In this document: piece by piece, positions 21,378-31,084 of the stretch | Layout of the letters: each line of letters opens with the position of its first letter | Numbering within the stretch: the stretch's first letter is position 1 | DNA from: Gammaproteobacteria bacterium | GTDB lineage: Bacteria > Pseudomonadota > Gammaproteobacteria > SZUA-152 | Length of the DNA: 64,000 nt | Assembly (NCBI GenBank): GCA_021648485.1 | Contig: JAKISS010000009.1 | Span: 2,061 to 66,060, forward strand | Reading direction: 5' to 3' | Program-made: the position numbers and the translations under genes | Notes under the pieces: model-generated | What the model was told of the DNA's origin: nothing | Seen by the model: the letters and a program-made list of their open reading frames with translations, nothing else | The model's database searches: none

Positions 21378-23374
21378 ATATGTCCGGCTTTCAACAGCGA
21401 GTAAAACAGGCAAAAGCAGAAAACCTCTGGTTGCTCGCCGGGCTGGCACTGGCTTTTACACCACACTTCTTTCGTTTACCTCTGCTGGTAATGTTACCCA
21501 GCATTATTTTACTGTGTTGGCGCTTGTTATTTGAATGGCGCTACCTTGCTCTGCCCCCACGCACGGTACGCTGGTTACTGACACTGGTCGGTATTTTGGC
21601 AACCTGGATTGCCTTTGGCACATTAGTGGGGCAGCAAGCTGGCGTGGGTTTGCTCGTCATCATGCTGTGCTTGAAATTAATGGAAATGAACGCCCAGCGC
21701 GATGTGGGTGTGGTAATCGGCCTGGGATTTTTTGTAGTGATTACCGTATTTTTATTTGACCAATCCATTTTTATGGGATTTTATATGTTGCTGGTGGTGA
21801 CCTTGCTCGTCACCGCCTTGATTGCCTTCAGTCGTGATCAATCCGTGATTCCACAATGGGCCAATTTACAAAAAGCAGGCGCAATTTTAATGCAGGCACT
21901 GCCACTGGCCCTGTTATTGTTTTTTTTGTTTCCGCGCATTCCCGGTCCATTGTGGAGCCTGCCTGCCGATGGCGCAGGCGCGGGCACCGGTCTGTCGGAC
22001 TCCATGTCACCAGGTAACATCAGCCAATTAAGCGACAACGACAGCGTGGCCTTCAGAGTACAATTCGACACCCCTCTCCCCCTGCCGCAAAAACGCTATT
22101 GGCGCGGGCCGGTATTGACGCAATTTGATGGAAGAACCTGGACCAACCCGTATCCACAAAGACTCACAACTCGCCTGAGTATTAATGCGCAGAACCAGGC
22201 AAGAGGCACACCCAGTCTTTATACGGTTACCCTGGAACCGCATCAGCAACGCTGGTTATTTGCACTGGACTTACCCGCCATTATTCCACCGGACAGCCGC
22301 CTTTCTGACGATTATGAAATTATCGCCAATCAACCCGTGCGGCAACTGGTACGTTATTCCATGCGCTCATTCACAGATTACCGGTTAGCAAAAGATGATA
22401 TCCCGAATATTTCGCTTTATCTGCAACTGCCCGAAAAATCAGGCATACAGGCACGTCAACTGGCGCAACAATTACGGCAAAAAGTGACGGACAATGCCGC
22501 TTATGTGCAAACCGTTTTGAATTACATTGCCGAACAACCGTTTTATTACACACGACAACCACCGTTATTATTCGATGATCCCGTGGATGCATTTTTGTTT
22601 GATAGTCGCCGGGGATTTTGTGAACACTACGCCTCAGCGTTTGTTTTTTTGATGCGTGCAGCCGGTGTACCTGCGCGTGTAGTCACCGGCTACCAGGGCG
22701 GTGAAATGAATCCACAAAGTGACTACTTCATTGTGCGGCAATCTGATGCCCATGCCTGGACAGAAGTCTGGTTACGCGGTGAAGGTTGGCGACGAATAGA
22801 TCCCACAGCGGTCATTCCCGCTGAACGTATTGAAAACCCACAAGACCTGGCGCGCATTCTGCCGGAAATGACAGGAGCGGGTACCACACCCAACTGGCTG
22901 AAAAAAGTAGGCCGCCAATTGAGCTTTAGCTGGGACCGTATCAACCATACCTGGAACCAATGGGTAGTAAATTACAACACCCAGCGCCAGCAGAATTTTT
23001 TATCGCGCATGTTCGCCAGTGCAGGTTTTGACAACATCGACTGGCAGCAAATGATCTCCCTGTTAGTGGCTGGCATGACGTTGGTAATGGTAGTGGTTGC
23101 CGTGTATTTATTGCGACCGTGGCATCGGCGGAACCAAGACCCCGCACAAATGGCTTATGAACGGTTCTGCCAACGACTATCACAGCGCGGGATGCAGCGG
23201 CAACCCGCAGAAGGCCCGCTGGACTTCGCCCAGCGGGCAAGTCAGCAATACCCGCAACGGGCACGAGACATCAACAACATCACCGTGCTGTATGAGCGCC
23301 AACGTTATACACCCTATCCTACACAAAGAAACCTACAACAATTACAACGTGCCGTACGTAACTTTATTGTGTGA
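21374..23374 (+). CDS. Transglutaminase-like membrane protein (TgpA-type: DUF3488 plus transglutaminase core)
   Basis: 666 aa with a multi-transmembrane N-terminus and the transglutaminase catalytic region RRGFCEHYASAFVFLMRAAGVPARVVTGY...DAHAWTEVW. The start overlaps the DUF58 stop as ATGA. Confidence 0.85.
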   Translation: MNMSGFQQRVKQAKAENLWLLAGLALAFTPHFFRLPLLVMLPSIILLCWRLLFEWRYLALPPRTVRWLLTLVGILATWIAFGTLVGQQAGVGLLVIMLCLKLMEMNAQRDVGVVIGLGFFVVITVFLFDQSIFMGFYMLLVVTLLVTALIAFSRDQSVIPQWANLQKAGAILMQALPLALLLFFLFPRIPGPLWSLPADGAGAGTGLSDSMSPGNISQLSDNDSVAFRVQFDTPLPLPQKRYWRGPVLTQFDGRTWTNPYPQRLTTRLSINAQNQARGTPSLYTVTLEPHQQRWLFALDLPAIIPPDSRLSDDYEIIANQPVRQLVRYSMRSFTDYRLAKDDIPNISLYLQLPEKSGIQARQLAQQLRQKVTDNAAYVQTVLNYIAEQPFYYTRQPPLLFDDPVDAFLFDSRRGFCEHYASAFVFLMRAAGVPARVVTGYQGGEMNPQSDYFIVRQSDAHAWTEVWLRGEGWRRIDPTAVIPAERIENPQDLARILPEMTGAGTTPNWLKKVGRQLSFSWDRINHTWNQWVVNYNTQRQQNFLSRMFASAGFDNIDWQQMISLLVAGMTLVMVVVAVYLLRPWHRRNQDPAQMAYERFCQRLSQRGMQRQPAEGPLDFAQRASQQYPQRARDINNITVLYERQRYTPYPTQRNLQQLQRAVRNFIV

Positions 23375-23577
23375 GCGCGCGCCGTGAAGAAACCAGTAAT
23401 TAAGGGGTCAGAGCCCTTAAAGGAGATATTGTTGGCTACGAAAGCGAGTACAACCGAGGAGCCCGGTGAAGGAAAACTTCATGTGAGAATCTGCAGGGGA
23501 CACTGAGTAATCAGCATTCCTGCCGCGACTGCTTCTTGATGGTGTTGTCAACAGGTGCAAGAGGTCTATTCAGGGCA

Positions 23578-24509
23578 ATCGCATATAAGTTAGCTTGCAA
23601 TCCCTACCTTGAGCAAATATTTTTCGTCTCAACCAGATTTTAGCTGCTTTGTTTTTATCCCGCGCTTTAATGTCGTTTCTTGTTTCAGTAGATTTAGCGC
23701 GATATGTCGTAGCATCGCTAAATTCTCTGGCGCATAATCTTTTCTCACTCGACTCTCATCTTCTCTGAATGCAACATCCAACACCCAATGAAGATTGTTT
23801 TCAATTCCCCAGTGTTTTCTTATGGCATCGCCGAATTGGCGCGCATCATTTTGGAGGCTAGAGATAAAATAACGGCGCTCAATCGTTACCTCCTCACCAA
23901 TGTGCCTCTCCGACTCTGCCAAGCCAATGCTCTTTAACCCAAATCACTGATCGTGCTGATCAAGCCAAGCAACGTCATTACTAATTCAATAGCGACGTAT
24001 TTCTATGCGACCGTGATCTGCATCCATTGTTACATGCCCAAGCGCTCACCATATGAATCGCGGCGGCCTTGTTGCTGCGATCATGAGAGCGCCTCAATGT
24101 TTTTCCATCGATGGCAATAATTTCGCCTTGAGTTATTTCACTTATAGATTTTACCCATGCTAGAAAACAAGCCTGAAACTCCGCAGGACATATCAAGGAA
24201 AACACTCGACCAAACGTGTCGTGCGAAGGGATTCCATTAGGAAGCGACAAATATTGTTTAAATCACTTTTCCTTAGCAAGCCCAAATTCGACAACTTCCG
24301 TCCATTTATCTGCGCCACAAATACAAAGAACAGACCGCGATAAAAAGTATATCTTGCAAGAGATGGCGTTTATGACGCTCGATTTTTGGATCTGAGATAC
24401 CCTTAAATGCCTCGGCAAGACCCATTTCGCACTCCTTGCATACAAGTTGAGCGCACTTTCTACTTAATTTATTTAAATTTGTCCACTATACCCCTGATTT
24501 ATATGCGAT
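23578..24509 (-). mobile_element. Degraded ISAs1-family insertion sequence; the transposase is split into at least 3 frames
   Basis: ORFs 24263-24445, 23981-24250 and 23629-23922 together read like one ISAs1/H-repeat transposase (CGADKWTEVVEFGLAKEKW, LPNGIPSHDTFGRVF, AIDGKTLRRSHD, HWGIENNLHWVLDVAFREDESRVR). An 11-bp inverted repeat ATCGCATATAA sits at 23578-23588 and 24499-24509. Confidence 0.8.
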
Positions 24510-24653
24510 AGCTGCTATGGGGGACGACCAGTAGCAGGCGGGGGTGTTTGTTTTTTTAAATGGGAGGCGGGCATCTGGCCAGGACCGTTTTCCCGGTAAA
24601 GGCCGGGGAAACGGTTATTTGGGGACTGCGCGTTTTTGCCACTTGTATTAACC

Positions 24654-25028
24654 TCAACCGCCCGCTGCACCACCACAACCGCCACAGGCGCCTGAACCAC
24701 CAGTGGCGGCAAAGGCGTTTTTGAACACAAAGCTGGCTCCCACGCCTTGCTGTACAAAGTCAATTTCCACACCGTTGAGGAAGCCCAGAGCGACGGCGTC
24801 CACATACAGGGTGAGACCGTCCTGTTCGAGAATGGCATCATGCGCACCGGGGGCTTCAGAAAAGGTCATACCGTAAGTCATGCCGCCGCAGCCGCCGCCG
24901 GAAACAAAGATGCGCACGCCGTTAATGTCTTCTTCACTTTTCAGCAATTCCACAAGTTTTTCGTGGGCGGCGGGCATAACGGTGATTTCATCGGTAATGG
25001 TGGTTTTGTATTCGGGTAATGCGCTCAT
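24654..25028 (-). CDS. HesB/IscA-family iron-sulfur cluster assembly accessory protein
   Basis: 124 aa with GVRIFVSGGGCGGMTYGMTF and a C-terminal Cys-Gly-rich tail (GACGGCGG). Confidence 0.75.
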   Translation of the reverse strand: MSALPEYKTTITDEITVMPAAHEKLVELLKSEEDINGVRIFVSGGGCGGMTYGMTFSEAPGAHDAILEQDGLTLYVDAVALGFLNGVEIDFVQQGVGASFVFKNAFAATGGSGACGGCGGAAGG

Positions 25029-25221
25029 AATATGCTCCGGTGGTTTGTCATTTGGCCCTGCGGGGAGGGCAATGGTGTGATTTTAGCACCCCAGACAGCG
25101 GAGAAATACGTGCATTCTGCGGGGGTTATTGACGGTGTTTGATTTTGGGCAGAGTGAGGCGTTCAGTTTTTGTGAACTTTAAAGGTAACAACTGGAGTGT
25201 TTTGTGTTCTGAGTTGAGGTA

Positions 25222-25407
25222 TTTATAGATTTTTTTCCCGCTCTATTCAACACAGAGCAAAACCGTAGCGGTTTCACCAACAGGAGAAAACCCCCTCATA
25301 CAACAATGATTCACTAGCAAACAGCGAGGCGAGGTGGACGCCGACAGCTGATCGAGCCTTGAATATGTCTTTTGCTCATTTGGTGGAACCGCTACGCTTG
25401 TTCCACC
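25222..25407. repeat. Dispersed intergenic repeat, copy 1: ~47-nt A-box plus an 8-bp-stem hairpin
   Basis: The A-box tttatagatttttttcccgctctattcaacacagagcaaaaccgtag lies at 25222-25268. The hairpin GGTGGAACcgctacgcttGTTCCACC lies at 25382-25407. Both recur at 43348-43422. Confidence 0.75.
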
Positions 25408-25591
25408 CTGCTGACTTAGGAATGGGTACGTAATAGCTTCCCGGTTTAGCGCGTATTCGTCCGTTCTGCTTGAGCAAAGCCGGGAAGTTATTGCGTGCTC
25501 ATTTCTTAGCTTTAACGGCTATGCTTTCAAGAGGAAAAGGAGCTCAAACATTTAATTGGAGGTGAATTCGCGTTGTCGGGATAACCACAAA

Positions 25592-27442
25592 ATGACCGCT
25601 ACAGATAAATTGATGCTACGTGCTCTGATGATCACGCTCTTGCTGACTACCGGATCAACGCTGGCTAACGAGCTGAGCAAGCATGACTCGCCCTATCTGG
25701 CCATGCACGGTGATGATCCCGTGGCGTGGCATACGTGGTCGGCGGTGGTGCTGGCGCGAGCAAAAAAAGAGAACACTCTACTGTTTGTATCCATCGGTTA
25801 TTTTTCCTGCCACTGGTGCCATGTGATGCAGCGCGAGACTTATCGTGACCCGCAGGTTGCCAAATTGCTCAACGAGCATTTCATTTCCGTGAAGGTGGAT
25901 CGTGAACTCAATCCCGCGCTGGATGCTTATCTTATTGATTTTGTGCAACGCACCCGTGGTGCTGCCGGTTGGCCATTAAATGTGTTTCTCACCCCGGAAG
26001 GTCATCCTCTGGTGGGCCTGACTTATGCACCGAAAGACCGGTTCCTTGCCCTGCTCTCTGATTTGCAACAGCAGTGGCAACAGGCACCGCTGTATCTTGC
26101 GCAAACCGCTGCCAAAGCCGCTGCAACAATGAAAGGTGAGGCTGCCCGGCCTGACCCGGCTCTCAAAGCTGGCGACGGCCAGCGTTATGAAATCATATTG
26201 GTACAGCAGGCTTTGCAATTGAGCGATGAAATGGACGGTGGTTTCGGTGAGCAAAGTAAGTTCCCCATGGTGCCGCAGCTGGATGCATTGCTCAGTGCTT
26301 ATACGCATAACGCGATGCCGTCGTTGAAAAATTTTTTAATACTCACGCTTGATCATATGGCCACGCAGGGAATGCGCGATCACCTGGGTGGTGGGTTTTT
26401 TCGTTACACCACCGACCCTGGCTGGCAGATGCCACACTTTGAAAAAATGCTGTACGACAATGCATTGCTGGCCAAACTGTATTTGCGTGCCGCAACAATA
26501 TTCAAACGGGCAGATTATGCTGACATTGCCCGGGACACTCTCGATTTTATGTTAGATAACATGCGCGGATCACAAGGCGCACTGGTCGCCAGTTTTTCCG
26601 CTGTGGATGCGGACAATGTGGAAGGAGGTTATTACCTGTGGGAACGTGAAACGTTGCTGGGTATTTTGACACGCGAAGAATATCGATTGATGAAAATACT
26701 TTGGGGACTGGAGGGGCATGCTGATTTTTCTGCGGGGTATCTGCCGCGAGTACAAATGTCACTGGATGAAGCTGCCAGCCAATTACACATCGACAAAGGT
26801 CTGGCGCAAAAACAATATTCGTCAGCGCGTGAAAAATTATTGAATATACGTGCCCTCCGTAATTTGCCAGTAGACGATAAGCTACTGGCAGGCTGGAATG
26901 GTTTGGCACTGACGGCGCTGGTTGAAGCTGCAAGATTGCCGGGCGGCAAACAATATGGGGATGCGGCAAAAGGTGTGCGCGATTATTTACGGAATACTCT
27001 GTGGAACGGCCAGCGATTATTACGCGCCAAAGGGAAGCGTGGTGAACTGGGTCAGGCCGGGCTGGAGGATTATGCCTTCGCGGCACAAGGTTTGTTGGCC
27101 TGGGCAGAGCTTACCAACAGTGCTGACGACTTCCGGTTAGTGGAGCGTTGGGTGAGTGATGCCTGGCGACGTTTTTATAGTGACGCAGGCTGGTTGTTGT
27201 CGGATCAAACGCTGTTGCCCAGCGGTTTTGGTGTGGCGATTCTGGATGACAGTCCACTGCCTTCACCATCGAGTACCCTGTTAAGAATTTCATTGCTCGT
27301 GGCACAACGCAATGGTAATAAAATGTTATTAGCACGGGCAAAACAGGCATTGGTGGCGGGACATACACAGTTGCGACAAACGGCGTTTGATTATCCTTCA
27401 CAGGTGACATTGCTCGCCGAACAGGATTTAACAACACCCTGA
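25592..27442 (+). CDS. Thioredoxin-domain protein of the DUF255/YyaL family, with an N-acylglucosamine-epimerase-like C-terminal domain
   Basis: Signal-like N-terminus, the DUF255 motif FVSIGYFSCHWCHVMQRE, and a long alpha-helical C-terminal domain. The start is set at the ATG at 25592; the listed ORF begins at a TTG. Confidence 0.8.
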   Translation: MTATDKLMLRALMITLLLTTGSTLANELSKHDSPYLAMHGDDPVAWHTWSAVVLARAKKENTLLFVSIGYFSCHWCHVMQRETYRDPQVAKLLNEHFISVKVDRELNPALDAYLIDFVQRTRGAAGWPLNVFLTPEGHPLVGLTYAPKDRFLALLSDLQQQWQQAPLYLAQTAAKAAATMKGEAARPDPALKAGDGQRYEIILVQQALQLSDEMDGGFGEQSKFPMVPQLDALLSAYTHNAMPSLKNFLILTLDHMATQGMRDHLGGGFFRYTTDPGWQMPHFEKMLYDNALLAKLYLRAATIFKRADYADIARDTLDFMLDNMRGSQGALVASFSAVDADNVEGGYYLWERETLLGILTREEYRLMKILWGLEGHADFSAGYLPRVQMSLDEAASQLHIDKGLAQKQYSSAREKLLNIRALRNLPVDDKLLAGWNGLALTALVEAARLPGGKQYGDAAKGVRDYLRNTLWNGQRLLRAKGKRGELGQAGLEDYAFAAQGLLAWAELTNSADDFRLVERWVSDAWRRFYSDAGWLLSDQTLLPSGFGVAILDDSPLPSPSSTLLRISLLVAQRNGNKMLLARAKQALVAGHTQLRQTAFDYPSQVTLLAEQDLTTP

Positions 27443-27473
27443 AAAAATAGGGATAACCCCCAGCCTGCGCACG

Positions 27474-28397
27474 CTAACGCAAAGCAGCAATATCCGCAGC
27501 CACTATATCCGCCGAGGTCTGAAACGCAGCTTGTTCATCGGCATTGAGCTGCAACTCGATAATGTCGGTGAGTCCGGTTTCTGTCAGTACCGCAGGCACA
27601 CCCATGGCGATTTCATGCTGGCCGTATTCACCATCCAGCACACTCACACAGGGAAGAATGCGGCGACGATTGTAACTAATCGCATCTACCATAATGGCGA
27701 CGGCGGCCGCAGGAGAATCGTAGGCGCTGGAATGTTGTTTTAAAGCAAGAATTTCACCACCACCCTGTCGTGTACGCTGGTTGATTTGATGAATTCTTTC
27801 TTCACTCAAAAAATGGGTGATGGGGATACCTGCAATGTCGGTAAAGCGGGGTAGCGGCACCATGGCATCACCGTGCCCGCCCAGCACCAGGGCGGAAATG
27901 TCTTTTATCGAATACCCCGTTTCCATGGCGATAAAGCTGGTCATGCGGGCTGTGTCCAGTGCGCCGGATTGGCCAAACACCCGGTGACGGGGCCAGCCGG
28001 ATTTTTGCCAGGCATACCAGGTGAGCACGTCTACCGGATTGGTGACCATAATGAGCATGGCATCAGGTGCATGTTCAAGTGCATCAGCAACGATTTTATC
28101 GATGATGGCGAGATTGGTCTCCAAGACATCCGAGCGCGACATACCTGGTTTGCGCGGGATACCCGCCGTGACAATGATGATATCTGCACCCGCAATAGCA
28201 GCGGGATCGGTGGCACCGGTAACGCGCGTATCAAAACGCAACAACGAGGCGGACTCCTGAATATCCAGTGCGACACCCTGTGGCATACCTTCGTGGATAT
28301 CGAGTAAGACCAACTCCCGGCACAGCTCTTCTTTGGCGAGAATTTGTGCGGTGGATTCACCGACCCGGCCTGCACCAATGATGGCAATTTTGTTCAC
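27474..28397 (-). CDS. mdh: Malate dehydrogenase, LDH-like (type 3)
   Basis: MNKIAIIGAGRVGESTA is a Rossmann fold, GIPRKPGMSRSD carries the Arg that specifies oxaloacetate, and the catalytic LGGHGD motif is present. Confidence 0.9.
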   Translation of the reverse strand: MNKIAIIGAGRVGESTAQILAKEELCRELVLLDIHEGMPQGVALDIQESASLLRFDTRVTGATDPAAIAGADIIIVTAGIPRKPGMSRSDVLETNLAIIDKIVADALEHAPDAMLIMVTNPVDVLTWYAWQKSGWPRHRVFGQSGALDTARMTSFIAMETGYSIKDISALVLGGHGDAMVPLPRFTDIAGIPITHFLSEERIHQINQRTRQGGGEILALKQHSSAYDSPAAAVAIMVDAISYNRRRILPCVSVLDGEYGQHEIAMGVPAVLTETGLTDIIELQLNADEQAAFQTSADIVAADIAALR

Positions 28398-28504
28398 CAG
28401 AAGCCTCCTTTTGAGAATTGTTATCTGGATACTTTAATCATAGACCACAAGTTCATGGACACGTTTCATCGGTGTTTTTTATCACGACAAAATCCAATGC
28501 GGAG

Positions 28505-28570
28505 GCGTAAAGACGCGGAAAACACAAAGGTATATTTTGGCCGTTACCTCTGTGTCTTCGCGCCTTTGCG
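28505..28570. repeat. REP-like imperfect inverted repeat between the degS-like gene and mdh
   Basis: The arms gcgtaaagacgcggaaaacacaaagg (28505-28530) and cctctgtgtcttcgcgcctttgcg (28547-28570) are near-complementary and separated by 16 nt. Confidence 0.6.
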
Positions 28571-28601
28571 TTGGGTTATCATTATTCACAGCTGCTACGC
28601 C

Positions 28602-29762
28602 CTAACTGCGATTACGCGGTTGACGAGTCGGTGGTGGCCGTTCGCCAACGATAGCCTCGGCATCAAATTCACGGCCATTACGCAGGATTTTCAGGCGTAA
28701 TTTTTCACCGGACGAGGTACGGGCAATTTGATTCATCACAATTTTGCTGTCACTTGCCGACTCACCATTAACAGAAAGAATAATATCACCCGGACGCAAC
28801 CCGGCCCGCGCAGCGGGACCGCTACGCTGGATACCTGCAATGATGACACCGTTGATGTCTCGCAGGTTAAATGATTCAGCCAGTTGCGGGGTGATATCCT
28901 GCGTTTCCACTCCCAGCCAGCCGCGCGAAACACGCCCGGTTTCGATGAGCTGTTCCATCACATCCCGGGCGATGCTCATGGGAATGGCAAAACCAATACC
29001 CTGTGACCCGCCGGATTTGGTAAAAATGGCGGTGTTGATGCCCACCAGATTACCGTAGGCATCGATGAGCGCACCGCCGGAATTACCGGGGTTGATGGCA
29101 GCGTCGGTCTGAATAAAATTCTCAAAGGTGTTGATGCCCATATGGTCACGACCGGTGGCGCTGATGATGCCCATGGTCACGGTTTGCCCCACACCAAAGG
29201 GGTTGCCGATAGCCAGTACCACGTCACCCACACGCATGCTGTTGGCAAGATTGAAGGTGATGGTGGGCACGGTATCGAGGTCTATTTTCAGTACCGCGAT
29301 ATCGGATTCCGGGTCGGTACCCACCAGCTTTGCCTCGGCACTGCGGCCATCGCGCAGCAGCACTTCGATACCGGCGGCTCCGGCAATGACATGATTATTG
29401 GTGAGAATATAACCCTGATCGCTGACGATAACCCCGGAGCCCAGATTATTTTCCAACCGCTGGCGGGGTACATATTGGTCACCAAAAAAATACCGCAGCA
29501 ACGGATTAACCCGTTCGGTGATGACTTTAGTCGTGTATATATTGACCACAGCAGGCGCAGCGGCCTCTACAGCCTGTGCATAAGATACCGGACCATTGCC
29601 GAATTGCCCCGACCCGGCATGGATCGTCGGGCTTTGTTTGAGCTCCACCACCGGACGTTGGTGACCAAGCAAGTCAGGACGCAACAACAAAACCACAAAA
29701 GCAGCGGCCAGCCCGGCGACGACAGCTTTGAATAAAAACAGATAAGGGTTGGTTTTTTTCAT
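28602..29762 (-). CDS. DegS/AlgW-type periplasmic serine endoprotease (S1C, single PDZ)
   Basis: N-terminal transmembrane anchor, catalytic triad context (TNNHVI, DIAVLKI, GNSGGAL), and one PDZ domain (GIQRSGPAARAGLRPGDIILSVNG). The start is set at the ATG at 29760-29762. Confidence 0.85.
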   Translation of the reverse strand: MKKTNPYLFLFKAVVAGLAAAFVVLLLRPDLLGHQRPVVELKQSPTIHAGSGQFGNGPVSYAQAVEAAAPAVVNIYTTKVITERVNPLLRYFFGDQYVPRQRLENNLGSGVIVSDQGYILTNNHVIAGAAGIEVLLRDGRSAEAKLVGTDPESDIAVLKIDLDTVPTITFNLANSMRVGDVVLAIGNPFGVGQTVTMGIISATGRDHMGINTFENFIQTDAAINPGNSGGALIDAYGNLVGINTAIFTKSGGSQGIGFAIPMSIARDVMEQLIETGRVSRGWLGVETQDITPQLAESFNLRDINGVIIAGIQRSGPAARAGLRPGDIILSVNGESASDSKIVMNQIARTSSGEKLRLKILRNGREFDAEAIVGERPPPTRQPRNRS

Positions 29763-29844
29763 GGGGTGAAAGGATACCACGGCTCCCTGCTTTCGGCTTT
29801 TCGGATTATGATGAAAGCACCACGCAAAAAACAGGAAACAAATA

Positions 29845-30603
29845 ATGGTACAGCGCGATGAATTACTGGCGTATCTGGCGGAAATACTCAATGTCCGGGC
29901 CTTTGCCGACTACGCACCCAATGGTCTGCAAGTGGAAGGCCGCGCCGACATAAAAAAGATAGTCACCGGGGTCACGGCCTGTCAGGCGCTGGTGGATGCC
30001 GCGGCGGAACGAAAAGCCGATGCATTGCTGGTACACCACGGGTATTTCTGGAAGGGTGAAGATGCCTGCATTGTCGGTATGAAAAAACAGCGTCTCGGCG
30101 CATTACTGGCAGCTGATATCAACCTGCTGGCCTATCATTTGCCGCTGGACGCACACCCGGAGCTGGGTAATAACACGCAATTGGCGAAACTGTTGGGCCT
30201 GCAACAGGAAGGGGTTTTTGGCAGCGAAACCGGCATACCCATCGGCCAATACGGTCGGTTGACGCAGATCTTGAGCGCAGAAGCTTTCGGCAAACTACTG
30301 ACCCGCAAGCTGGACCGTAAACCTCTGCATATTGCCGGAGCCAGTGGTGACATTCATACGGTTGCCTGGTGTACCGGGGCTGCGCAATCTTACCTTGAAC
30401 AAGCCGCTGCACTGGGCGTGGATGCCTTTGTGACGGGGGAAATTTCCGAGCAAACGGTACATGTGGCCCGTGAGCTGGGTTTGCATTTTTTCAGTGCAGG
30501 ACACCATGCCACGGAACGTGGTGGCGTGCAGGCGCTGGGTACACACCTTGCTGCACACTTCGGGCTGGCCGTGGAATTTGTGGATATTGACAACCCGGTG
30601 TAA
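29845..30603 (+). CDS. Nif3-like dinuclear metal-centre protein (YbgI family)
   Basis: 252 aa with NGLQVEG..., DALLVHHGYFWKG and GHHATERGG motifs typical of the NIF3/YbgI family. Confidence 0.85.
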   Translation: MVQRDELLAYLAEILNVRAFADYAPNGLQVEGRADIKKIVTGVTACQALVDAAAERKADALLVHHGYFWKGEDACIVGMKKQRLGALLAADINLLAYHLPLDAHPELGNNTQLAKLLGLQQEGVFGSETGIPIGQYGRLTQILSAEAFGKLLTRKLDRKPLHIAGASGDIHTVAWCTGAAQSYLEQAAALGVDAFVTGEISEQTVHVARELGLHFFSAGHHATERGGVQALGTHLAAHFGLAVEFVDIDNPV

Positions 30604-31084
30604 AGCATCACTGCCATTACATTAAACCGCAGGGTGGACACGTTTTTTGTGCCCACATAGTACGTAATGACAAAAGGGTGTAAAAGATATACCCACAGTC
30701 AATGCAGCTCCTCTACCGAGGATGCGAAAATGTTAAACATCCCTGCAATAGTCCAACTATTACTTGTTACGTCATTACTCTTGGCATACTTTCTCACACC
30801 ATTAAAAAACGGGTTCAAATACGGGGCCGTGAAATGATAGACTTCGCACAGGTCACGTTTTTCACCGTTTTTGCCTTGCCAAATGACAGGGGTAATTTTG
30901 CAAGCGCCTCATGTGACAGAAATTCAAACTTGTCTTAAAGAGGGGGATTACACCCCCGATTAACGCCCATGCAAGAAGCAACTGGATTTCAGTGCGCCTA
31001 AATAAGGTTAGCGTCATAACAGGCGCGGTGCGTTTATCACTAAAATTTGTAGTCAACGAACTCCAGGAGGGAGAATTTAATTAA

